Source: a virus
Lineage: Duplodnaviria > Caudoviricetes
Length of the DNA: 64,000 nt
IMG/VR virus record: IMGVR_UViG_3300020598_000119
Reading direction: 5' to 3' (one strand)
Part shown: positions 27,571 to 38,313 of the stretch, piece by piece
Numbering within the stretch: position 1 is the first letter of the stretch
Layout: each line of letters starts with the position of its first letter
Translations under genes and position numbers: made by a program
Notes under the pieces: generated by a model
What the model saw: only the letters and a program-made list of their open reading frames with translations
Told to the model about the DNA's origin: nothing
Database searches by the model: none

Positions 27571-27940
27571 TAGGCGAGTGCAGATGCTCGATTTGCAGTA
27601 GCGGCATTCGAATTCCTGCCGCCTCAAAGAGGTAGTCCTCTTCATCGAGACCGACATAGCCGAGGTTCACTCTTGCCTCGTCTGCGTTTGAGCCGATGGC
27701 ACTCAACTCAGGCTTTCCTGTCTCCTTTGAGCAAGGAAGTGATACGGGGAACAGGCCCTCATGGATGTCGCATCCAGTGATGAGTTCCGCTTCGACGCAA
27801 CCGATGAAATCCAAATCATCAAGCCGAATGCTTTCGAAGCAACCGTCCACAAACGGCTTCATAGCCTCATCCTCGTTGGAGCCGATGGCATTGAGGTAGA
27901 CCTCACCAGTGCGACGATCAAAAGGCACGCAAATTTTCAT
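27560..27940 (-). CDS. hypothetical protein with an internal duplication
   Basis: VPFDRRTGEVYLNAIGSNEDEA and LPCSKETGKPELSAIGSNADEA. Confidence 0.6.
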   Translation of the reverse strand: MKICVPFDRRTGEVYLNAIGSNEDEAMKPFVDGCFESIRLDDLDFIGCVEAELITGCDIHEGLFPVSLPCSKETGKPELSAIGSNADEARVNLGYVGLDEEDYLFEAAGIRMPLLQIEHLHSPIKA

Positions 27941-27958
27941 TGTTCCCCCTGTTGCTGC

Positions 27959-29020
27959 CTATCCAGCAAGCGAAGCCGTTTCGTTATGAAGCGCTGCGCC
28001 CGATTGATGGTAACCAGCTGCGACCTGAACCGTTTTATGTCGTGACAATGCCATAGCTTCGAGCAAGCTCTTTCCCTGAAGACCTACTTCAGTCAAGAAC
28101 CCTGAGCGCAGACTATGGCCAGCGTAAATTTCCGGATTGAGATCCGCCGCCTTAATGCGGGCTTTCACGATCAGAGCGACTGCGCGATCCGACAAAGGCT
28201 TCTTTGAAACGTAGCCATAGCGGCTCACAGACCGGAAGATCGGCCCTTTAGTGATATTGGCCGCCTTCAGCCAAGCACGAAGAGCCTCTGCTGCTCGGCC
28301 CGTAATCGGCACGGTACCGCCATCGCCTTCCTGCTCTGTCTTAGTGATCCCGAGATGATAGATGTAGGAGTCGCCGACTTCTTCGAGGTTGATCATCTCT
28401 GCTCCAACGATCTCGGAACGACGGCGTCCACCGCTTGACCACCCAAAGAGCAGCAATGCGGCGTCACGCAAATCCAGCATGCTTCCTGCTTCACAGGTCT
28501 CCAGCATCAGATCGAGCGTCTTTTTGATGACAGCCTTCTTTTTGTTCGGCCGCTCACCGCGACGAGCAGCTGCCTTTCGGGCCTTAGACAGAACTTGAGA
28601 GACAATCGGGTCCATAATCGGGCTAGGCAAGCCTTTCGTCTTGTGCAGCGCAGACAGAGCGGACACGCGGCGATCAATCGTATTCATCGCATGCTTGCCA
28701 GGCTTCGTCTTGACGCCGCGATCAATCAAATCCTGATCGATATCCTCGTCCAGCCCTTCCAGGTGGTCGACGACGAAACGTGCAACGACCTCAGGCGGCA
28801 CCGGATAGATGGGTTCATCGGTCCAGCCGATGGCCGAGCACCACGACCAAAAATATCGGAGATCCGATTCATAAGCTCGGCGCGTGTTTGGCGGAGTGCC
28901 ATCATCTATAACGCGACGCAGACGCTCGCGCGTACCCTGATCCAACACGAAACCCAACGAGCGCGACTGTTCAGACTGCGTCGTCGTAATTCCTTTCCCT
29001 GTTGAACCATAATTGGCCAT
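27959..29020 (-). CDS. tyrosine recombinase (Cre/TnpS-like)
   Basis: NTRRAY, RDAALLLFGWSSGGRRRSEI, KT, GHSLRSGF and SRHKT...Y. Confidence 0.9.
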   Translation of the reverse strand: MANYGSTGKGITTTQSEQSRSLGFVLDQGTRERLRRVIDDGTPPNTRRAYESDLRYFWSWCSAIGWTDEPIYPVPPEVVARFVVDHLEGLDEDIDQDLIDRGVKTKPGKHAMNTIDRRVSALSALHKTKGLPSPIMDPIVSQVLSKARKAAARRGERPNKKKAVIKKTLDLMLETCEAGSMLDLRDAALLLFGWSSGGRRRSEIVGAEMINLEEVGDSYIYHLGITKTEQEGDGGTVPITGRAAEALRAWLKAANITKGPIFRSVSRYGYVSKKPLSDRAVALIVKARIKAADLNPEIYAGHSLRSGFLTEVGLQGKSLLEAMALSRHKTVQVAAGYHQSGAALHNETASLAG

Positions 29021-29171
29021 GCGAAGATGTCCGAATAAATAATTGTGAGGGCAATTATAAATTCAGTTTTAGCAAGGGCCAAAACGCCGAAGGAATTTAG
29101 ATTAAAACAGGATTTGTTGCCATGTCGCTTATCAAGCTCAATAATGAGAAATCTGAACTGGAGAAATTGCC

Positions 29172-30347
29172 TTGAAATTATTGAAAAGCACATTCCTAGC
29201 CGCTGCTATTGCGCTCACTGTTACTACCCAAGCTGGAGCCGATGATCGCATCGATTACGATGCCCTTTCCAATCAATACAACGGGAAAAGAGATTGGACA
29301 GTGCCAGAAGCTGGCAAATTTGGCCTTTCTACCTTTGCCTACCAAGACATGAATGGCAACGGCGTCTACGAGTTGGGAGACAAACCACTGGCTAACATCC
29401 CAGTAGCGTTGTTCGATGAGAGCGGGAACCTAATTGAGGTGAAGAAGACGAACGTTGACGGCTATGCGAATTTTTATGGGTCAACCTTTGAGGGCATGGA
29501 AAATGTCACCAGTATCAGAAAACCTGGCCGATACTCATTGAGACTTCTCGTTCCTGATCAATTTGACCTGACGACGGACACATTGATGCAAACTGTGGAA
29601 GTGATGCCTCTACAAGGCTCAATTGGTGGTCTGATTGCCAACAATGTGCCGAAAATATCGGGGTTCAAGCGCAAGCTCACCCTTGTTGGTCAAACCACCG
29701 CTATCGACGATCTATCGGTAAACGCGACGTCGCGAGACGGCAGCAAGCAGTCGGCGAAAATCGATGATAGAGGCCGATTTGAACTCCCTGTTACCAAGGG
29801 CACTTGGACGATCAAGTCCAAAGAGCGAACGATCACCGTCGACATCTCAGACACGCCTGTCCAGTTGGCGAAGACATTCGGAACCGAGTCGAAGCCCTCT
29901 CGGAATCCGACGACAACAGTCACCTTTGACGACATGATCCGCGATGAAGGCGTTCTCAAGATTCCTAACGGCTACGCGGGCCTCGACTGGGATAACTGGG
30001 TCATCACGCACAAGCACTTCTACAAGGGCGCAGGCTATAAGAACGGTGCCGTTTCAGGGGACTATGTCGTCTACAATAGCTCCGGGCACCCAGCATCGAT
30101 CTCGCGAACAGAGCCATTCGATTTCGTCGGCGGCTATTTCTCGGTTTCCTTCGATAGCGCAGAAGGTGAAGGCTTCGACGTCAAGGCCTATCGCGGCGAT
30201 CAGCTGGTCTACCATGATGTCATCGAGCTATCCCGTTTCGGCCCCGTACACTTCATGGCCGACTACCGAGGTATTACAAAGCTTGAGTTTTCCACGCAGC
30301 ACTACTGGCAGGGGATTGCGGACGACCTGCAATTCAGGCTTCCATAA
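29172..30347 (+). CDS. exported protein with an SdrD B-like domain
   Basis: Signal peptide and AYQDMNGNGVYELGDKPLANIPVAL. Confidence 0.7.
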   Translation: MKLLKSTFLAAAIALTVTTQAGADDRIDYDALSNQYNGKRDWTVPEAGKFGLSTFAYQDMNGNGVYELGDKPLANIPVALFDESGNLIEVKKTNVDGYANFYGSTFEGMENVTSIRKPGRYSLRLLVPDQFDLTTDTLMQTVEVMPLQGSIGGLIANNVPKISGFKRKLTLVGQTTAIDDLSVNATSRDGSKQSAKIDDRGRFELPVTKGTWTIKSKERTITVDISDTPVQLAKTFGTESKPSRNPTTTVTFDDMIRDEGVLKIPNGYAGLDWDNWVITHKHFYKGAGYKNGAVSGDYVVYNSSGHPASISRTEPFDFVGGYFSVSFDSAEGEGFDVKAYRGDQLVYHDVIELSRFGPVHFMADYRGITKLEFSTQHYWQGIADDLQFRLP

Positions 30348-30414
30348 AACAAGCCCGCCCGCTTGTCCCATTCATCCTCGGCCTCAATAGTGAAACAAAG
30401 CCGAGGATTTCGAC

Positions 30415-30849
30415 ATGTCTCCAGATGAATTCAGTGTCTTGAAAATCGCATCACAGGATCCAACCAAGCCGTCTGAAGGTGGCCCAGCGTTCGTTGAAGC
30501 TGTCGGCGATGACTCGAAGACGCTGCTCTACGGCTACACCTCAGATCGCAACACGCACCACGTCTATCAGGACGGCGGCCAGATTCATCTCGTCGTCTAC
30601 AATTTCCACAATGAGGTCATCAACCAGGTGAGCGACAACTCGCTTCCTCTGGCGGCCATCATGCCTGATAAGCGCCTTTTCGGAGAAGCCTGCGACTTCG
30701 CATTCTGCAAAGAGCTACAGGACTCTGGCGTGCGCCTACCGTTCACGAACTACAACTTCAGTTCCTACCAGAAGCACGAGGGCAAGGCCTTCATTGGTAA
30801 AACTCTTGAAGACCTTGGTGTTGAGATTAGCAGACCGTTCAATCCCTGA
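30415..30849 (+). CDS. hypothetical protein
   Basis: GAGGA RBS; KTLLYGYTSDRNTHHVY. Confidence 0.65.
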   Translation: MSPDEFSVLKIASQDPTKPSEGGPAFVEAVGDDSKTLLYGYTSDRNTHHVYQDGGQIHLVVYNFHNEVINQVSDNSLPLAAIMPDKRLFGEACDFAFCKELQDSGVRLPFTNYNFSSYQKHEGKAFIGKTLEDLGVEISRPFNP

Positions 30850-30940
30850 ATATTAGTCGCGAAGCCCATGGGCATTCGAGATTGAGTGAGGGTATTTGTA
30901 ATTTGCGTTGAGAAAATGAAGGGGCCTTACGACCCCTTAT

Positions 30941-31246
30941 TTACTCTGCAGTAACCTGCTCTTCTGCCACTTTCAGCATATTCTCCATCTGAGCACGCAC
31001 ATCGGCTTCCGAGACGCCAAGATCGGCGACTACCTTGCGAAGTACGCCTACTCCGCCTGGAGCTTCGATGTCAGCAGCAACCACTTCGCCAGCATACGCG
31101 GTAGCGGCTTCACCTGACTTACCCAGCTTCTCAGCCGCCCACAGCCCCAGCAACTTGTTACGGCGTGCCGTGATACGGAAACGCAGGCCCTCGTCGTGGG
31201 CAAATTTGTTCTCAAAAGAATTACGTCGTTCGTCCAAACCGCTCAT
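30941..31246 (-). CDS. DUF1476 / F1Fo-ATPase inhibitor zeta subunit homolog
   Basis: FENKFAHDEGLRFRITARRNKLLGLWAAEKLG. Confidence 0.9.
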   Translation of the reverse strand: MSGLDERRNSFENKFAHDEGLRFRITARRNKLLGLWAAEKLGKSGEAATAYAGEVVAADIEAPGGVGVLRKVVADLGVSEADVRAQMENMLKVAEEQVTAE

Positions 31247-31798
31247 TAGTCCCTCATCGTTAATTTGACGTCGTGCAAACAAAGGAAGTTGCAGGCACGT
31301 TTAAATGATAATTCGCGCACCCATCGGTGACAACTGAATCATTTACCCAAAATAATGGACAAACCACCTTAAATCATAGTCAAACACCACTGCAATGAAC
31401 TTAACTACGATTAAGTTCAGAACCTTACGATGCCAATCATTAAATGCGACATCGAATTGGGCGCTGCTTCACTGCGATTTCGACCTATTTTCCGGCCGAA
31501 AACCATATTTACCATAATAACTTACCAACTACCGATAAGGAAGGTTATCGGAAGTCAGAAAAGGGGTGCTGCGTATCACGCCTATGGGGCTATACGGCAG
31601 CGACGTCAATATACAGGTTGCCTGATTATTCAATTCATATGATACTTGTGTAGTTAAAGGCGTTTAGCTTCATTACCATCCCTTTTATAGCGCTTGTTTT
31701 GTTTACAAATCGAGCGCTGGTCAACAGGGAGGCTGTTTTATTGGATGAGTGGTCAAACCGAATGCCTTTCAGACAACTGACTGGACGGGGATACGTAT

Positions 31799-32770
31799 TT
31801 GAATCACAATTTTCAGATGGAAGAATTAAAAGACCCGATTCCTGCGGATGATCGACGTGGCTTCATTGAAGCTGCGATGGCGATCACACGTCTTGATGAA
31901 GCTCAACGCCACTTACAGTTTAGCGATTTGATTTACGCCCCTGGAGCCAGACGCCGAGAAGCGATGGCGATTGCGGCTGTTGATGGCGCAATCGCGCGAA
32001 TGGAATCCCTCTGTCGAGTAATTAGCGATCCGGAGATCACAAACGTCGAGAGAGGTTCTCGCGTGGCTGCAGATATATACGCTGCCCTCCGGCTGGTCGA
32101 ATCGTGGCCAGAGGAAGGTCCAACAACTTCTGACGTGGTCGAACTCTTCTCAACCGCAGATGCGTCGGCCGGACGCCTGATGCGCCCAGACATCCAGTGG
32201 AGCATCGAGGAAGACTCGATGTGGATCGTAGAGCAGATAAAGGTCCTCAGCGAAAGCTGTGACCCATGGACTGCAGTGGAAACTATCCGAGCGATTTGGG
32301 CTTCTGGACGCTTCCTCGGCACGTCGAGAAGGATGGCGCTTATGATCGCATCGTGGGTGATAGCCAAGGGCTTCCAGTGTCGCTGGCCAACCTATGGCCT
32401 CTCCGATGAAGTGAAATCCAACCTCGACCGTTTCCGTGATGCCGCCCAGATCAGTCATCACTGGAGCATAGAGCTGACCAGCGCCTTGAGCGCCGGGTTC
32501 GCTAAGGAGCGACAGAAGCTCAAGGACGCACACGCAGAGCGCGCGGCCTTATTAGCCCTGTGCCCGCCAACGAGAACTTCATCGAGCATCGAACCAGCGA
32601 TCAATTTTGTGTTCGAATTCCCATCCTTTACGGCAAAGCTCTTTGCTGGACGTCTCGACATCACCCCTCGCGGGGCCAAGGTGGTGCTGGACCGACTACT
32701 CGAAACCAACGTCATTGAAGTCGATGCAGGAGCAAGAAATAGGAAATTCACATGTCGCAGAGTGCTGTAA
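31799..32770 (+). CDS. Fic-fold-like protein with a C-terminal HTH (DUF1612-like)
   Basis: Helical N-terminus AITRLDE and a C-terminal wHTH; canonical Fic motif absent. Confidence 0.5.
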   Translation: MNHNFQMEELKDPIPADDRRGFIEAAMAITRLDEAQRHLQFSDLIYAPGARRREAMAIAAVDGAIARMESLCRVISDPEITNVERGSRVAADIYAALRLVESWPEEGPTTSDVVELFSTADASAGRLMRPDIQWSIEEDSMWIVEQIKVLSESCDPWTAVETIRAIWASGRFLGTSRRMALMIASWVIAKGFQCRWPTYGLSDEVKSNLDRFRDAAQISHHWSIELTSALSAGFAKERQKLKDAHAERAALLALCPPTRTSSSIEPAINFVFEFPSFTAKLFAGRLDITPRGAKVVLDRLLETNVIEVDAGARNRKFTCRRVL

Positions 32771-33033
32771 TCAAAAAATTCATGCAACTGACGTCCATTG
32801 GCCTTCAGGCGGTGAACATTAATCTCGATGTTGTAGAAGAAGAAAACTGTGTAATCGTTAGGGATTATATCGTAGATTTCGATAATGGAATTCAGATTTT
32901 CAATGCAAATTCGCCTGAGGCTCCCTTCGTAACGTTCCCTTCCGATGCCTTTTCGAGTGCTGCTTCATTTATATGCATTCAAATTGCCACAGGGATCATT
33001 ACCCGATCCATTGAGGACGCCGAAACCGCTTAA
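32752..33033 (+). CDS. hypothetical protein (start uncertain)
   Basis: Short operonic ORF. Confidence 0.4.
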   Translation: MSQSAVIKKFMQLTSIGLQAVNINLDVVEEENCVIVRDYIVDFDNGIQIFNANSPEAPFVTFPSDAFSSAASFICIQIATGIITRSIEDAETA

Positions 33034-33035
33034 AC

Positions 33036-34055
33036 TTGAAAACGGGTATAGATCCGCACAATATTGATTATTCACACACGAAAAGAGCGCTACTACCAAT
33101 GCTGCCAAGGTATATCAGCCTGTCTTTGACAGCCATTTTTCTCTTTATATCGGCCTCAATTGCAACGGCTCAGAACTGGTATACCGTCCGCGATTCCGCG
33201 ATGAAACTCGCAGAGCAGGGCAGGGCACAGCAGGCATATTCTGTTGTCGCAGGTGCGGCCGCATCAGGTGAGAACCTGTTCGATAAAGAATTCGTAGCTG
33301 GATGGATCGCCTTGAGGAAACTAAACCGTCCCGACGTCGCTATTACGCACTTCTCAAAAATGGCCATGTCAACGGTCGCCATTAAAGGCGGGGAAAAGAA
33401 CGCGGCAGCGAAGGCTAAGGCGGGTTATTGGCTCGGACGCGCACTTAAGCAGAATGGAAGGACGGAAGAAGCAAAGCGCTTATTCAAAGCATCTGTAGCT
33501 TATCCCAACACCTTCTATGGACAGCTATCTGCCTCCGAAATCGGCTATAAGATTGGGTACGACCAGGTTAAGCATCTAGCTTCGTCATACCCAATCAAGA
33601 AGCTATATTGGTATGACACCCGTGTAAGAAAAGAATTTGTTCACGCGATTATCCGTGAGGAATCTCGCTTCAACCAAAACGCTCTCAGCAACAAGGCAGC
33701 CAGAGGTATGATGCAAGTTCTCGACGGAACAGCCCGTGAAGTTGGCAAAAATGCTGGCGTAAATATCGACACAAATATGATGAGAAATAATGCCGACTAC
33801 AACATTGTCGTCGGCTCTAGGTATCTCGCTGATCAGATGTCGAAATACAACAACGCCATGCTTGCCGCTGCCGCCTACAATGCAGGTCCAACCAGGCCCG
33901 ATGAATGGCTTGGACGTTTCGGAGACCCAAGGGGAGGATCGGTAGATCCTGTTGATTGGGCAGAAAGCATTCCATTCCGTGAAACACGCGATTACGTCCA
34001 GAAGGTGATCGGCTCCTATGTGACCTATCTAGCACTAGAGAGCAGGGGCAAATGA
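33036..34055 (+). CDS. soluble lytic murein transglycosylase
   Basis: IIREESRF, ARGMMQV, AAYNAGP and IPFRETRDYV. Confidence 0.92.
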   Translation: MKTGIDPHNIDYSHTKRALLPMLPRYISLSLTAIFLFISASIATAQNWYTVRDSAMKLAEQGRAQQAYSVVAGAAASGENLFDKEFVAGWIALRKLNRPDVAITHFSKMAMSTVAIKGGEKNAAAKAKAGYWLGRALKQNGRTEEAKRLFKASVAYPNTFYGQLSASEIGYKIGYDQVKHLASSYPIKKLYWYDTRVRKEFVHAIIREESRFNQNALSNKAARGMMQVLDGTAREVGKNAGVNIDTNMMRNNADYNIVVGSRYLADQMSKYNNAMLAAAAYNAGPTRPDEWLGRFGDPRGGSVDPVDWAESIPFRETRDYVQKVIGSYVTYLALESRGK

Positions 34056-34753
34056 TTATAAAGGCACTGAGCTGGAACATCCACAAATGTGTTGGAAACG
34101 ACCAAAAACGGTGCTCAACCCGCATTCTTTCAACGATCAAGGAAATATCCCCAGACATTGCAATTCTTCAGGAGGTTGACCGAAAGGTAGGCCGCAAACG
34201 GGCGACGTTGCCCATCAATGACCTGGAACATCTTTCTGGAATGCGAGCCGTATTATCGGAAGCCTGCCCCAACCGTTCCATCGGATGGCGCGGAAATCTG
34301 CTTTTGGTGAAACCTGGCATCGTTTGTCTCAAGCAAACCAACATTTCCCTACCATCTTTAGAGCCTCGCGGGGCTGTGATCTGGGAACTAGAAAAGGATG
34401 GAATATCTTTTGACGCTATCGGCATGCACCTCGGACTTCTCGGCATCAACAGGCGAAGACAGGTAGGTGCAATTGCATCAGCCATTGCAATGAAAGCACC
34501 AATTTCAACGATAGTTGCAGGTGATTCAAATGATTGGTGGTGGAAAAGTATGGAACTTTCAGTTCTCGAAGACGTGTTGGGGAGCCAAGCTATCAAGCTC
34601 AAAACGTTCCCATCGAAAAAGCCGATTTTCGCTTTAGACAAAACACTCGCGGGACGCGGAGCACATATTGAAGACCAACAGGTGATCAGAAACATCGCCG
34701 CCTCAGATCACCTGCCATTGCTCACCGAAATTAGAATCGGCGAGGTTTCGTAA
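34052..34753 (+). CDS. endonuclease/exonuclease/phosphatase-family protein
   Basis: SWNIH, LQEVD, GDSN, LD and ASDHLP. Confidence 0.9.
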   Translation: MIIKALSWNIHKCVGNDQKRCSTRILSTIKEISPDIAILQEVDRKVGRKRATLPINDLEHLSGMRAVLSEACPNRSIGWRGNLLLVKPGIVCLKQTNISLPSLEPRGAVIWELEKDGISFDAIGMHLGLLGINRRRQVGAIASAIAMKAPISTIVAGDSNDWWWKSMELSVLEDVLGSQAIKLKTFPSKKPIFALDKTLAGRGAHIEDQQVIRNIAASDHLPLLTEIRIGEVS

Positions 34754-35543
34754 ACTGAACACTGGCTTGCTGAATGACAGGTTCTGGAGCTTCGACCACA
34801 GGAGACGGCACTGCCCGAACCGGACGTGCGCGCTTTGGAGCCACCTTCGGTTTTGGACTTGCAGCAGGCGCTGCATATGCGACTTCTACACCAATATCTG
34901 GATAACGCGTGGTCAGCTCATCCGTCTGAGCTGTATAAATCCTCGACGGAGCTTGAGCCTCTGAAGCGATAGCGACTGGCGTCACATCAAATTTTTCTGC
35001 AGTGATTTCACGCGGGCGCGCAGTTGGGGTAGGGGCAACGGTACTCAAGGCCAGCATCACAGGATCGGCGGGCTGCGAAGGCTGAACTGTTCGCTTCTCG
35101 CGATCCAAGGTCTTTGATTTCTGCGAACGCTGATGTTGCTGAATGCTGGCAATAAGGGTTGTAGGTTCCGCTGCAGGAGCCACTTGATTCCCGCCGACAT
35201 TAGAAGATGGCACTACACCTCTCGGCCCAACCGATGAACCTTCAAGTTTTGCCACCAATTGAGCAACTGCCTGACTAGGCTTGGCGGAGTTCATAATCTC
35301 CGCAACCTTTGTAGTTTGTGTTGGAGCGGACGGATTGCGGGTGTTGAGGCCGCCCGCGACAAGAATTCCCTTGATATCGTTCTGAACGGCAACTGATTTA
35401 GGGGCCTTGTAGATACCGCTAAAAGTCTTCACGTGTGACGATGCCGTAGTTGCCTTCTGTGTCGCAGTCGAACAGCCTGCCACAGCCACCAACGCGGCAG
35501 TCGCTAGACATGACTGAATCAATTTCATGCTACGCATTTTCAA
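34731..35543 (-). CDS. Pro/Ala-rich lipoprotein
   Basis: Lipobox VAGC followed by a low-complexity body. Confidence 0.65.
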   Translation of the reverse strand: MKMRSMKLIQSCLATAALVAVAGCSTATQKATTASSHVKTFSGIYKAPKSVAVQNDIKGILVAGGLNTRNPSAPTQTTKVAEIMNSAKPSQAVAQLVAKLEGSSVGPRGVVPSSNVGGNQVAPAAEPTTLIASIQQHQRSQKSKTLDREKRTVQPSQPADPVMLALSTVAPTPTARPREITAEKFDVTPVAIASEAQAPSRIYTAQTDELTTRYPDIGVEVAYAAPAASPKPKVAPKRARPVRAVPSPVVEAPEPVIQQASVQFTKPRRF

Positions 35544-35678
35544 TCCCGTGTGGCATTATTCTCACATATATTATTCACGATAAGCCAACGGTTCAACCCC
35601 AATTTACCTTGACTTGAGCGTAGGCAGGTAGAATCATTGAAAGAATAATGCGGCAAATTGTGTGTGAAGGAGAAAATT

Positions 35679-36092
35679 ATGAATTTTAAAGCAAAATTAT
35701 TGGCATATCACGCAATAGCCGCAGCAATTGCCGTCATTCCAATGCAGTCGGTGGCTTCTGACATCGACATCAAATACGAAAAATTTCCTCTAACCAGTCC
35801 TGAGGCTCAACAAATCTGGGCAACAGAATCCAATGACGCCACTCCTCTCGGAGAAGAAAAACCGTGGGCAATGATCGCCAAGGTGAAGGTGCCAGGGAAG
35901 AAGGACCTTGTCGTCAGTCAGCTCTTTTCATCGATGCACTGTGGCGGAATGGAATGCCCGATCAAAATTATGCAAGAGGGAAAGGTAATTAATGAAGGCA
36001 TGGCGTGCGACGCCTATGAATACCATGAGCTTTCCGACGACCATGAAGCCTTGATGGCTTGCGACGCCATTATCCCTCTTGATCTAAAATAA
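35679..36092 (+). CDS. exported hypothetical protein
   Basis: AAGGAG RBS, signal peptide and CGGMEC. Confidence 0.65.
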   Translation: MNFKAKLLAYHAIAAAIAVIPMQSVASDIDIKYEKFPLTSPEAQQIWATESNDATPLGEEKPWAMIAKVKVPGKKDLVVSQLFSSMHCGGMECPIKIMQEGKVINEGMACDAYEYHELSDDHEALMACDAIIPLDLK

Positions 36093-36103
36093 GGAGCAAG
36101 GGG

Positions 36104-37543
36104 ATGAGAATAGCCTTTGTCAGCGCGCTAGCCATATTAATATCCGCTAGCTCCCTCTATCCGGCGAGAGCTAATACCACTGGCGGCAATCAGGGCGGCG
36201 AAGAAGTGGTGTCTGAAAATAAGTGCGACTTCAATGATATTTTGGCTGGCTTCGAATCAAAAGGAGCAGGCGGATACCAAGCTGAAAACCGATATGGCTA
36301 TCTCGGTAAATATCAGATGGGCAAGTCAGCTTTGACAGATCTTGGCTACATGAAAAATGGAAGTTGGACAGGCAAGGACGGCATCTATTCGAAAGCTGAC
36401 TTCAAAAACAGTCCAGCTGTCCAAGAAAAAGCCCAAGAATCATGGAAAAGCTTGCTGGGCCAGAGAATGGCTGGTTCAAATTCTTTTCTAGGATCAAATC
36501 TTAGCTGCGGCAAACCGCTGACGCAGTCTGGAATGCTTATGGGCGCTCACCTTGTCGGCCCTGGCGGTGCCAGCGAATATCTCAAATCTGGCGGTTTCTG
36601 CGGTAAAGCGGGTCAGGTTTCACCAAGCGGCCATCGTCTTCGCTACAACACCATCGACGGAAATAACACCTGTGCTGGAAAGTACATGTGCGCCGGATCA
36701 GGTTGCGAGACCATCTCAAAGGACATGAACAAAAAAACCTGCGAGGTCGTGATGCCAATGATCGAAGCGATCTCATGCGAAAAAATGCCTGCAGGTTTGC
36801 AAAGCTTCTGCAACACCTACAAGCCATATCTCATGACGCGCTCTGAGTGCTCGGACGCAGAAAGCATGGCGGAAAAGGCAGAGAAAGGCCCGAACAAGGA
36901 ACAGTGCGAAAACCTTTCCTTCGGACCTGGCACGGGCAGCTGGTCGTTCGTTCTAGCCTGCTCATTTGGAGGTGAGTTCGTTGCCGACCAAGACGGTCAG
37001 CAGAATCCTGACGGCCCGATGTCTGATCCAGCTTGCGTTGAAAAACTTAAGGGTATGGGTGTTCAGCCGCGAGTTCTTGGTCAGTATAACTACAGCACTG
37101 GTGGCCAAAGCTGTGTCGTGGAGAACGCCGTATCGGTAAACGGTGCTGCGGTTCCATTCGGTAAATGGGTAACTATGACCTGTGACATGGCTGTTGCGCT
37201 GGAACAGTGGGGCCAAAAACTGAAGGGGCTTGGGGTGACAGGCTATACAGACGTGCAGTCATTGAGCTGCCGCCAGATGCGCACCAAGAGTGGCGTTAAG
37301 AAGAACATGTCTGAACACGGCTACGGCCGCGCAGTCGACATCCCAGGTGTCATAGTCGGTGGACGTCGCATCAGCTTTGGCATGATCCATAAGCCAGCCA
37401 CTCCTGAAGGCGCAATCATGGTACAGGCAAGGCAAATGGCTTGCGCCACTTTCCGACAGGTTCTTTCTCCGCTCTGGAGCGAGTATGCAGGTACGTATGC
37501 GCACTTCCATGTAGAGTGGGGAAAATACAGGAGTTGCAATTGA
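36104..37543 (+). CDS. exported Cys-rich protein: lysozyme-like N-domain plus extensin-like (M15-type) C-domain
   Basis: ES...GYLGKYQMG...GAHLVG, then SCR...SEHGYGRAVD...HFHVE. Confidence 0.7.
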   Translation: MRIAFVSALAILISASSLYPARANTTGGNQGGEEVVSENKCDFNDILAGFESKGAGGYQAENRYGYLGKYQMGKSALTDLGYMKNGSWTGKDGIYSKADFKNSPAVQEKAQESWKSLLGQRMAGSNSFLGSNLSCGKPLTQSGMLMGAHLVGPGGASEYLKSGGFCGKAGQVSPSGHRLRYNTIDGNNTCAGKYMCAGSGCETISKDMNKKTCEVVMPMIEAISCEKMPAGLQSFCNTYKPYLMTRSECSDAESMAEKAEKGPNKEQCENLSFGPGTGSWSFVLACSFGGEFVADQDGQQNPDGPMSDPACVEKLKGMGVQPRVLGQYNYSTGGQSCVVENAVSVNGAAVPFGKWVTMTCDMAVALEQWGQKLKGLGVTGYTDVQSLSCRQMRTKSGVKKNMSEHGYGRAVDIPGVIVGGRRISFGMIHKPATPEGAIMVQARQMACATFRQVLSPLWSEYAGTYAHFHVEWGKYRSCN

Positions 37544-37548
37544 TCACA

Positions 37549-38142
37549 ATGAAGAAAATACTGCTCGCTTCGGTGTTTTCATTCGTTAGCTTGTATGCTT
37601 GCGCCGAATCCGTTCCGTTGAAATTACCTGATGCCGAAGGTGAGATCGTAATCAAAGACGCCGCCGAGGCCACCAACGTTATTGGCCAAATTGAGGACGA
37701 TCCCGAGATCGAAACCCACACTGACAAATTTCTTGAACGAGGATATAAGCTACCGAACTGGATCAATAGCGGCTCACTGGTAGATAAAGTCTACGAAGAA
37801 TTAGCTGCACCCGATTACGAACAGAGGAACGGAAAGCCGAATCCTCTCGGTTTTGGCATTGAAATCGCTCAGGCATATATCACTAAACGCGGCTTCTATG
37901 ACCTAATCGTCGCCTCCAGAATGCCAGGTGATTGCAGTCCAGATGGTTGTCTATTCCAGATTTACAGCTTGATTGGACAACAATGGTTCAAACAGCTCGA
38001 ATTTCATGCTTATGATATCGCTTTTAAGGATGGGAAAGTGGAGGACGTGACACTCGTAGCGGCGATTGCCGAGGCATCGGGAAAAAGCAAAATCTTCACT
38101 TGGGATGCAGAGAAATTCGTCGAGTACGGCTCAAATAAATAG
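37549..38142 (+). CDS. exported hypothetical protein
   Basis: Signal peptide MKKILL and CSPDGC. Confidence 0.65.
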   Translation: MKKILLASVFSFVSLYACAESVPLKLPDAEGEIVIKDAAEATNVIGQIEDDPEIETHTDKFLERGYKLPNWINSGSLVDKVYEELAAPDYEQRNGKPNPLGFGIEIAQAYITKRGFYDLIVASRMPGDCSPDGCLFQIYSLIGQQWFKQLEFHAYDIAFKDGKVEDVTLVAAIAEASGKSKIFTWDAEKFVEYGSNK

Positions 38143-38258
38143 CAGAACCAGAACCTCATTACGATAAAAGGCCTGCCATAATGATTGTGGCGGGCCATTT
38201 GATTGTGCAAGTGTTGTTTGCGCAGTAATTGGCAGTGGCACACCAGCGAAAATCCTCA

Positions 38259-38297
38259 ACAAAAAAAGCCCTCGGAGATTACCTCGCCGAGGGCTTT
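38259..38297 (-). terminator. intrinsic terminator
   Basis: AAAGCCCTCGG...CCGAGGGCTTTTTTT on the minus strand. Confidence 0.8.
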
Positions 38298-38313
38298 CGC
38301 ATGCAATTGAAGA

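Noticed and set aside
31290-31798. AT-rich intergenic region as an origin or recombination site
   Set aside because: No convincing iterons or inverted repeats could be identified by eye.
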